From positions 106,702,001 to 106,766,000 of the forward strand of contig OZ024743.1 in NCBI GenBank assembly GCA_964016885.1: a stretch of DNA of 64,000 bases, written 5' to 3'. A model generated the notes under the pieces. It did no database searches and was not told the DNA's origin. It saw only the letters and a list, made by a program, of their open reading frames with translations. Below, piece by piece: positions 54,159 to 64,000 of the stretch (position 1 is the first letter of the stretch; each line of letters starts with the position of its first letter). The position numbers and the translations under genes are program-made. This DNA is from Eledone cirrhosa (Eukaryota).

Positions 54159-54189
54159 TATACACATATATAAGGAAAAAACACCATAC

Positions 54190-54220
<31 letters not shown>

Positions 54221-54256
54221 TACACCATTCATACATATATTCATATATATATACAT

Positions 54257-54387
<131 letters not shown>

Positions 54388-54400
54388 CATATATATATAC

Positions 54401-54433
<33 letters not shown>

Positions 54434-54670
54434 TACACATACACATATACACACACACATACACATACATACATATATACACAAATACATACACACATAT
54501 ACACACACACATATATACATATATATATACATATATATATATACATATACATAAATATATATATATATAAATATACACACACATACATACATATACACAC
54601 ATATACATATATATATATATATATATATACATACAAACATATATACAACCATTTTTATTTTTTGATACCC

Positions 54671-54721
54671 AGATTCCTGATGATTTCTAAAGAATGAAAC
54701 AGTTCTAGTCCTGTAGAATCT
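54671..54721 (+). ncRNA. Type I hammerhead ribozyme, intact core, GUA cleavage triplet
   Basis: agattc-CTGATGA-tttc taaa gaat-GAAA-cag ttctagtc ctg-TA-gaatct; stems I, II and III all pair. Confidence 0.88.
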
Positions 54722-54803
54722 CATATATATTAAAACTTTTATACTCTGCTATGTATTGAGTACCTTACTTACTGTGGTTACCTCCGATTCAACCCGGAAT
54801 AAC

Positions 54804-54848
<45 letters not shown>

Positions 54849-54946
54849 TTATATATTGAAACAACTATAGTCCAGACTGGAAGATTTACTTTCGAATTTT
54901 CATTCCGCGAGAGCACTATACAAATTGCCATACCCAAGCCACACCA

Positions 54947-55214
54947 TCCGATTATGATGTAAGACTAGACGATTTCATCAGGTGTTATTTGCAGAATTAT
55001 ATAATAGGATTACGTTGAAGCGAAACATATTCGGGGTTCGTCTGCTATCGATATAACGGTCCCCTAATCAAATCAGTCCTTTATTTTCCATTTACACTAT
55101 TCAATGTATTTGTATCTTCTATCTGCTATTCCTTATTTGGGTTCCATGTAATCCTGTTATATAATTCTGCAAATAGTACCTGGTGAAATCATCTAGTCTT
55201 ACATCGTACTCGGA
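54947..55214. repeat. Imperfect 74-bp inverted repeat with 120-bp spacer (MITE-like)
   Basis: 54947-55020 matches the reverse complement of 55141-55214. Confidence 0.75.
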
Positions 55215-55367
55215 GCTGAGACTTGCCATTGAAATATGTACACTCCATTTTTTCTTTCAAATTACCAACAAAATACGCACACTCCAATTTTCCCTTCACA
55301 GATCTGCATACTCACATACACACACACCCGTATATTAACATATTTTGTTCATAGCTACGTACATGCA

Positions 55368-55435
<68 letters not shown>

Positions 55436-55539
55436 TAGACACGTGTGCACGCATACCCTCACGTACAAGTATAACTCTTTATACAAAACGTTTTATTTTT
55501 CATTTCATTTCAGGTAGACACACTCCATCATGCACTTTC

Positions 55540-55800
55540 CTAGAAAAAAAAATACATATAAATATCATGCACAAAACGCCAGCATCGATAGTTTTCCTAG
55601 ATATAGCAATATGAATGCACCTGTTATTTTTCTCTAAAAACAATTTGTCAAATTCCGCCCGGCTCGTCCCTTCAATCTTTCTAATTTCTTATACTTTCTT
55701 CTGATGAAGGACTAGCGTCCGAAACGTTAAGACATTGTTCCTGCTATTTCAAGCGTTAATCTAATATATTCCTTCCATATACTGTACCGATTGTTTTGAT
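55540..55800 (+). mobile_element. pLTR remnant homologous to the 3' end of the Neptune-like element (63335-63600)
   Basis: Colinear blocks: cagcaYcgata.ttttcctaga, atttttctctaa, tcaatctttcta, atgaaggact.gcgtccgaaa, aatatattccttc. Confidence 0.7.
55697..55732 (+). ncRNA. Minimal type I hammerhead ribozyme
   Basis: tctt-CTGATGA-a ggac tagc gtcc-GAAA-cg-TT-aaga. Confidence 0.8.
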
Positions 55801-55815
55801 ACTTCTGTTTACCTC

Positions 55816-55894
<79 letters not shown>

Positions 55895-56714
55895 AGTCTG
55901 TATGCGTGTGTGTGTCTGTGTATGTGTGTCTGTGTGTGACTGTGTGTGTGTGAGAGAGAGAGAGAGAAGAGAGATAGATAGAGAGAGAGACGGAGAGAGA
56001 GAAGTGGAGTAAAGAAACAGTGACGAGCCTAAATATCGCAGGTGAAAGACGGCTAGAAAGACAATTAGGAGACGATAAATTTCCCAGTTGTCTCGCAACA
56101 TGACATTTATGATGTTAATTAGGCCTGAGATAATGAACTATTATTAACTCTCCAACCACATCAACAAGAATAACATGAACAAAAACAGCAGCAACATCAA
56201 CAACATCAATTTCAGCTACTGCAGGTTTTATTCTCCGAAATATTTATAGTGCTACTCGAAAATATTGACACTATATATAGTTAATATAGTTAGTATACAT
56301 TAGGAAAAGTTTGTAGTCAATTAAATCAACTCTTGATACTTATTGTTATTCATTTGATTGGGTAGAGAGAAGTAGAATATGTAAACAAAAAATGGGTGAA
56401 TTTCATGTGACTTTAAATCAAAACACCAGAATATTCACCTCAATATAATGTCGCAGTTTGTTTGGAACTGTATTGCTTTTGTTTTAAATTTTTCTACGAC
56501 TAGCATTTTGTTATGAACATATAAAACAAAGTTAATATCGTATGACACCCATATCTGTGTATGGTGCAGTAGTGGTGCTGACGTATTCCACAGCGTGTCT
56601 GGTAACCTTAAAACCTGGCGGAAGCCATGTTTTTTTACACCAGTCAGAACATAGCCCATTTTATCTTCAGAAGAAGAAAGGTTCAGTGACAAAGAGCATG
56701 TGATAACTAGAAAA

Positions 56715-56845
56715 CTGGACTCCCATTATTGGACTGGTACTTTGTTATCGATAACAAAGGTATGAGAAGCAAAGTCCACCTCGGGGGTTCTTGAATTCAA
56801 AGCCAGAACGAATAACGCAAAATAGTCTAACCGATGCTCTGACGG
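56715..56845 (-). mobile_element. Decayed SINE (Nin-domain-like)
   Basis: ctggtacttt.ttatcga..aaggtatgagaagcaaagtccacctcgg matches the family reverse strand. Confidence 0.6.
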
Positions 56846-57256
56846 CACTTTCAAATGGACGTCTCACCTGACCTAGGCTATGTAAATATTTTATTCACTG
56901 TCCGAAAATTTGTACGTAATTTAACTGTGTGCTATTTCACACCAAATCTTTGAAACAGCGAAACAAGTTAATGCTTGATAAAATAAAATACAAAACATAT
57001 TCAAAATGATATCCCAGCCATTCGCATTCACATATTTTGTCTAGTTTTCATTTTAAAGATATTCGGGACATTTTCTCCACTTCCATAGTGAGGATTGATG
57101 AGGTGAACAGCTTTGACATGACATATTTCTACTGCTTTAGCCTTTTACTACATATAAGATAGTGAGACATGCTACAAAAACATATTCAAACAAATAAGTT
57201 GACGAAACAATGAAGTTAATATACAACATATTCTTTTCCTTGATATGTAGCAATAG

Positions 57257-57476
57257 AAGGGCAGTGGTTTGGTAGAGCCGGTAGAGCGTTGGACAACATG
57301 CATTGCAGCATATAGTTACGGCCCTTTACCTTCTGAGTTCAAATCCCGTCGAGGTTAGCTTTGCCTTTCATCCTTACGGGGTCGATAAAATAAAGTAACG
57401 GTAACTCACTGATGACAATTTAATAGACTTTCCAACTCTCCTTCAAATTGTTCGCCTTGTACCTAAAGTAGAAACA
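57257..57476 (+). mobile_element. SINE, longer subfamily, 14-bp TSD
   Basis: TSD atatgtagcaatag at 57243-57256 and 57477-57490. Confidence 0.9.
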
Positions 57477-57714
57477 ATATGTAGCAATAGTTGAATAAAA
57501 GACAAAAAGCAAGGGAGTTATTCGGACTTGATGAGCATATATATAACGGTTTCTATTGGCCTGCGATTAAAATATTGTTAGTCTATGCAATATAAATAAT
57601 TAAACATCCATTTATTTCATCAAGGAACGACACATTTTGTTTGTATAATCAATACATATGTGACTAGTTAGTTTATCAAAATAGCCAGTGCATATATTTA
57701 AGAAGTATTAGTAA

Positions 57715-57860
57715 GCAGTGGATTGGCAGTATCGGTAGAGGGACCTCTACGGTCTGAGCTCAAATCCCGCAGAGGTTAACTTTGCCTTTCATCCTTACGG
57801 CGTTGATAAAAAAAATGCCCTGGGATAATTGCAGGCATTGTGCCAAAAGTAGAAACAATT
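57715..57860 (+). mobile_element. SINE with internal deletions
   Basis: Family head, central domain and tail present. Confidence 0.85.
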
Positions 57861-58257
57861 ATGTTAATGTGTCAAAATCATGAAATAATTGTCTTTCCTA
57901 TATGTACGAAATCTATGCCTGTTAGTTTGTAGGAATATCTCCAAACTTCAACTCAACATAAGCTTGGATAATCTTGTTAATTTATTTGAATGAATCTGTG
58001 TTAAACAGCCTAAGGCAATGCTATAAATCTGCGCTGCTATAATATTGTATGCTGATGATGAACGAACATATATGGCCTACAATCTTTATCACAGTCAAAG
58101 AATTTTTCAAGGAGCAGACCTTAGTTTGCGGCTTAATGAAGCCTATATCGTTGTCATGGTAGCAAATTCTTCAGTACCGACCTATAAGGAATTTGTGATA
58201 TATGAACCAATTTGATTTAATAAATACGAATATTATTTAATTATTCATATTATTGAC

Positions 58258-58475
58258 TAAGATAGGGCGGTGGATTGGCAGTATCGGTAGAGGGTCGGCC
58301 ACCCTGCTTTGCAGCATAGAGTTACGGCCCTTTCTGATATGAGTTCAAATCCCACCGAGGTTAACTTTGCCTTTACGGGGTCAATAAAATAAAGTAGCAT
58401 TCACGCACTGGGTTGATTTAATCGACTTTCTCCTCCCCTTTAAAATTGCTGGCCTTGTGCCTATATAAGAAACCA
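58258..58475 (+). mobile_element. SINE with 11-bp TSD
   Basis: TSD atattattgac at 58247-58257 and 58476-58486. Confidence 0.88.
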
Positions 58476-58489
58476 ATATTATTGACGGG

Positions 58490-58870
58490 GGGGGGGGTCA
58501 GAATTAGTAGATCTCTGGAGTAAAAATCATTACGATATTTGTTCCGATTTCAAATCTCAACGTGGTCTAATTTGCTTATATTGTTCCTGGTGTCGATAAA
58601 ATAACGTACCATTAATATATTGAAGCGATGTAAAATTCTCTTCCACACAAATAAAATTCTTGCTCTTATGCCAAATTTAGAATCTATTATTATTAAATGG
58701 TAGTGGATTGAGGGAATGAACATTTATTTTCGGACGTTTGCATTCTGAGTTCCAATGTTGCCGTCATCATTAAAAATAAAGATAAAATAAAGTAAAACTC
58801 AAATGCTGATGTTGATTTAATCGCATTTCCATTCCACTTCAAAATGCAAGTTTGAGCCAAAATTAGATTC
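58490..58870 (+). mobile_element. Two older decayed SINE copies in tandem
   Basis: Relics gtcgataaaataacgtacca, ttctgagttc, gataaaataaagta and gttgatttaatcg. Confidence 0.6.
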
Positions 58871-59534
58871 ATGAATTATTTTAATGATTGTTCTACTACT
58901 ATTCCAATTCTGAGTTTGGTACACCTCACACCGTGTTATTAACTTCTTTCCTATTTAATATTTTTATGTGATTAATCTGTGTTTCATTTTCTAGGCAACA
59001 TTCTCCATGTATTCATTTAGTTTTACGTATGTTAACTCTAACTTATAACCACGGAATTGTAAGTTGCGGTTATATAATCTGGATCACAAATAGATTCTCA
59101 TTGAATTTTCTGTCTCATATTTCTAAACATTTCATTAATTTAATAAAGTATCTCTTTCTCAATATTTACTATATTGACACAAACAATTATTCGATAAAAA
59201 TAAACTAAAACTGAGTTCCAGCTGCACCACCTTAATAACAAATAAACAACATAATATGCGGGTAATGGACAGCTTAAAGGCGTCTCCTACTGAATAACCT
59301 CAACGAATCCGTGTACTATCTAAATGTCATATCAGATAACTTTAGCAAATGTCATAACTTCAATATCTATCTTGTGAACTTCTGGAAGATTATATTGCAA
59401 CCAGATGAATATGTACCTGGAGAAATTTTACATTACTTTCTACAGTTTTACTCTATTACCAGTCTGTTCCTAAAATAATTTATACTCTCAAACACTACTG
59501 TCACTTCACCTCGCTATATTTATTCTTATACATC

Positions 59535-59790
59535 CGTTGATTCCAAGGCCGAGGGCACCAGTTGATCCAATAAACTGAACTGGCTGCTCGTGGAATTAAC
59601 ATGTAAGTGGCTGAGCATTCTATATTGACGTGCGCCAGTGACATGGTGCGTGACAATTCTAGCTCTTTATATTACAGTTACAACATATTTTTGACAGTTG
59701 AGTGGACTGGATGTACAGGCAGCCCAATCTGGGAATCGAACTTATGACATTATGATCATGAGCCGAGCATGCAATTCAGTATCTCACGCG
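59535..59790 (-). mobile_element. Older second SINE family, decayed
   Basis: Homologous to 25570-25880; reverse B-box gggaatcgaac. Confidence 0.55.
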
Positions 59791-60347
59791 CTAAATATTT
59801 AATAAAACATCTATCGAAATGTCTATAGCTTCGAATAATACTAGTCTCTTTATACTCCCCTACACTAAAACAGAATAACTAACATCCCAAATAAGTGTTA
59901 CCCAACTTCATAATGTCCAGAGAATCAAAGGGAAATAACTCTCTCCTAAAAAAAAAAATTGTTAATTGCCAATGGCTTACAATACTCACTAATATGTATT
60001 GTCACTATGCCAGAGTGGAAACGTCATTAAAATATCCATTCCTAACTCGCCGCATATATTCTGTTGAAAGTTATGTGCCTGTTTATTATTATAATGCATT
60101 ACCGGATATCGGCATTTCAACTCGCGAAGTTTAATAAATGAATGAATTCTTTAATATATATATTAAGAACTCATATCAGTAACGGATTTTTTTCTCTCTC
60201 ACTAAATACACACTCGCATATATCATTATAGGGATGATGGCATATATATATATATATATTAATATATATATATATAACGAAGGAAATTCTGAGTCCAGAA
60301 TAAGCCGTCGAAACGGGTTGTGCTCAGCCGTTAAGGTCCTATTCGTT

Positions 60348-60449
<102 letters not shown>

Positions 60450-60489
60450 ACGAAATATATATATATATATATGTATATATAACGAAATA

Positions 60490-60527
<38 letters not shown>

Positions 60528-60530
<3 letters not shown>

Positions 60531-61527
60531 CGTTTCTGAATTGGTTTAGCAAGATTCTTTATCTGAAAACGTGTGTTGAAACCGATATTGTTATACTTTG
60601 GGAGGGTCATGTTGCCAATAAGAAACACACGCACCAAATGCTGTCACTTCAATTTATTATAATAAATTTATAAATTTCCGGTTGGTTGGTTGGTTCCACA
60701 ACCAGATAGTTGTTTATATATTGTCAAAGTTCTTTCGTCACACATTTTGTGACCTCTTCAGTGACCGGGGATTATTTTCTTTGTTTTTGTGCCACTCCTT
60801 TGTTCTTTCCTACGCCATCTTGTTTCTGTGTGTGTGTGTTGTTAGCTCAGTCTGCGCATGCGCCACATCCGGGTGCCTGTGTGTGTTTATATTCGTTTAT
60901 TTATTTGTTTATTTACATGTTAGGGGTTGGTTGTTTGTTCTATGTGCGTGTGTGTATTCATTTTGTCCTTAATTGTAAGTTGTGATGTTGCTGTTCCAGT
61001 CATGTTTTCTATTTAATTTTGGTTGTAATTCTTTTTATGTTTATTGTCTTTGTGATTTGTTTAAACATTGCGTCTTTTCTGTGTGTAGATTCTATTTTTA
61101 TTTCTATGTTCTCTAATTTACCCTTATGTTCTATTTTAGTATGTTGGTAGAGTACAGATGATTCTTTACTATCTTGAAGATCTCACCAGTTTTCATTTAT
61201 CCGTTCCCTTATACTACGAGCTGTCTCACCTATGTACACTATATTTTCATCTCTACATTGTCCTTCAGTACATCTTATGCTATATACTACATTTCTAGTT
61301 TTACAGTTAATATGGGGACTTAATTTACAGATTATACATTTCTTATCTATACAGAGGGGTTTTTGAAAAGGGTATGTCTTTCTAATAAGTGTTTTTATGG
61401 AGGTAACTGGTCTTTCTACTTTCTTAATATTGAGTTTATGTTTATCTAGGGCCCTTCTAAATTTGTAAGCTAATTCACCTCTAGGGGTTGTATCGATGAA
61501 CACTCTGGTATTTATTGCTATAATACC

Positions 61528-61532
<5 letters not shown>
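60528..61532 (-). mobile_element. PLE 3' fragment (GIY-YIG + pLTR with full tail), same family as 36981-41070
   Basis: [36 protein letters not shown]; colinear with 39990-41070; (TA)n on both sides. Confidence 0.92.
60723..60765 (-). ncRNA. Minimal type I hammerhead ribozyme
   Basis: Minus strand gtca-CTGAAGA-g gtcaca aaatg tgtgac-GAAA-gaac-TT-tgac; differences from the 40860 copy fall in loops and at the cleavage nucleotide. Confidence 0.82.
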
Positions 61533-61596
<64 letters not shown>

Positions 61597-61613
61597 TAGA
61601 TTGCTATAAAACC

Positions 61614-61676
<63 letters not shown>

Positions 61677-61704
61677 TATAGATATAGATACATATGTATA
61701 TATA

Positions 61705-63600
61705 TATGCCATCATCCCTCACGATGAAAGCCTTTGAGCTTCCCGATATTTTTTTAGATTTACGCCTTATCCCCTATCCTAGTTCTTCTACTGTTCTCCA
61801 CTTTGCTGAGATCGCTCTCACTCTTAACAGATTTTTCCATTTTCGGTGAGTTTTACCAACAGGACTCTAGGGTAACCATGGGTACAATTATGCTCCCTAA
61901 CTACGCCAAATTTTTCGTTGGCTATGTTGAGACAATGATCTTCACCCAGTATACTTGTCCGACCCCTACGCTATACGGTCGTTACTTCGACGATTGTATC
62001 GCTGATACTTCCCTTTCTCCTGAACACCTCGACTACGTTCGTTCTTGTTTCCACCTTTCATCTAAAGCTTCAACTTCTCCACCTGTCTCTAGCTCTTCTG
62101 TTCAATTTCTAGATTTATATATGTCTATTGCCCATACTCACCAAACACTCTCTACATCTATCTCCTATAAGCCCACTGATTCCCACTCCTACCTCAACTT
62201 CATCTATTCCCATACCACCCACAGCCAACTATCAATACCTTAATCCCAATTCTTCCCTCTTCGTCAGCTCTGCAGCCAGGATCACTATTTCGAGACACAG
62301 TCCATTCACATGGCCTCCTGCTTCATTCAACGTGGATATCCTCCACCCCACTCTGATCCAAGCAGTCCTCACACGCGCCCGTGAATAGGACCCTATCACA
62401 GACTTCTCACCCAATCACAGCCCTTTCAAAATCCACCTTCCCTTCCTCCTCACCTACCACCCCATCGTCCTACTTCTCCGGCGACATATCCTCCTTTGTT
62501 TCCGCACCCTCATTTCTGACCCTGTCACTCGCTCTTTTTTCAAACACACCTATCACCACCTTCAAGCGCTCCGGTAATCTCCGTGACCTCCTGGTACGTA
62601 TTTCTTTCTCAGCCTATCCTAGGACCCCACCCGTCTCCCGTCCCTCTTCTAGTGCCCATCGTATCACCTGTTTCTTCATTTTAACCTCACCATTCTTGCA
62701 ATACGCAGTATCTCCATTTATCCACCTGCAAATCCATCAACTTTGTCTAAGCCCTCCGTCCCGGAAACCACGATTCTGTAGATGCCTCAGTATTGGTGTT
62801 CTTTTACACCTCAGGGAACAGGCCTCATACACCAAGACTGGTAGAGTCTGATTTTCCACATTGGGTCCAGTTTCTCCAATGGACACAACTCCACCTCCCA
62901 ATTTCTTAAATATTACACACATATGCTCATGCTTACTTCTGTACTCCATTCCACTGTTGCATTTACCGTTCCGTTATTACATGCGCAGATACATTCACTC
63001 CCTAGGTACCTACAGCTCTGTTATGGCCGGAAACACATACGCTTACAGCTTATATAGACAAGCATAAATCACACACACCGCTATATTTACCTTAACAGCT
63101 CTGTACACACACACACTCACACACATACACACACACACATACAGACAGACACACATACACAAAGACACACACACGCACACACATACATTAGCTTGCAGCT
63201 TCCTACTTAAAAATACCTCACACATGTACACACATACACACATATACAGCCACACGTATTCGTACGTGCATACGTATAGGCCTCTATAGACAATGTGTTC
63301 TTCCATTTCTAATAGACGCGCTCGATCACTACCTGTTAAAACAAATATATAATACACAAAACGACAGCACCGATAATTTTCCTAGAGATGGCAACATGAA
63401 TTGTCCAGCTATTTTTCTCTAAGAAATTTTGTTTCCTTTTCCGCACTGTCCGTCTCCTCAATCTTTCTATTTCTTCTTTAATTTCTCATTCTATTTTATT
63501 ATGAAGGACTATGAAGGACTCGCGTCCGAAAGATTAAGACGCCTTTCTATTATCAAGCCGTAAAACTAACAATATATTCCTTCGTTATACTATACAGTTA
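61705..63600 (+). mobile_element. Old Neptune-like PLE remnant (RT core/thumb 61705-62850, then pLTR with degenerate HHR near 63500-63540)
   Basis: YAIIPHD, TMGT.MLPNYA.FFVGYVE, YGRYFDDCI, VQFLDL, YKPTDSHSYL..SH, SIP*SQF.PLRQLCS, FIQRGYP. Confidence 0.8.
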
Positions 63601-63623
63601 TTTTGTAATTTATATTGGCCTTT

Positions 63624-63689
<66 letters not shown>

Positions 63690-64000
63690 CACGCACACAC
63701 ACACACGCACACACACACGCACGCACATACGTGCGCATACAAACTCACACACACACACACACACACACACAGATATATATATGTATATATATATAAATGT
63801 AATGATTGATCAGTCAGATCTGCATATTAGCAGATCCACTGATCAGCCAGATTTGCCTATCAGCAGACTGACCAATCAGGTTCCTGTATACGAGCGATAA
63901 ATGGCCGGCTTTGCCAAATTCAAATAAAAAAGAAAAAGTTTGCTCTACATGGCTGAATACAATAAATGTAATCTCAGTTTTTCGAATATTAATAATAACA

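Noticed and set aside
56435-56692. 85-aa ORF as a host exon
   Set aside because: No motif or splice support.

Overview
AT-rich, repeat-saturated animal DNA. It is most likely an octopus or other cephalopod, inferred from the SINE families and the (TA)n/(CA)n density. No host protein-coding gene can be supported, and most of the ORF track is microsatellite translation artefact. The window is a nest of retroelements sorted by microsatellite target. (1) Several Penelope-like element (PLE) families (Naiad-like, Penelope/Poseidon-like, Neptune-like and one unassigned) sit in (TA)n tracts; most have a 5' inverted pseudo-LTR (pLTR) and a hammerhead ribozyme (HHR) motif. (2) A cluster at 7450-20023 alternates R4/Dong-like and Tx1-like LINEs in antiparallel orientation on (TAA)n/(ATT)n, and includes one near-full-length Tx1. 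(3) A Helitron retains both termini (30159-35885) but has a decayed Rep-helicase. (4) About ten tRNA-derived Nin-domain-like SINEs are present, several with target-site duplications (TSDs). Most notable observations: an HHR with a 116-nt stem II; evidence that complex microsatellite tracts are carried inside Naiad-like 3' UTRs/pLTRs and then act as landing pads for other PLEs; pLTR tails that encode a conserved ORF N-terminus; and a 341-bp tandem unit that resembles an snRNA-type promoter followed by a structured RNA. All alignments and folds were done by eye; no database search was run.
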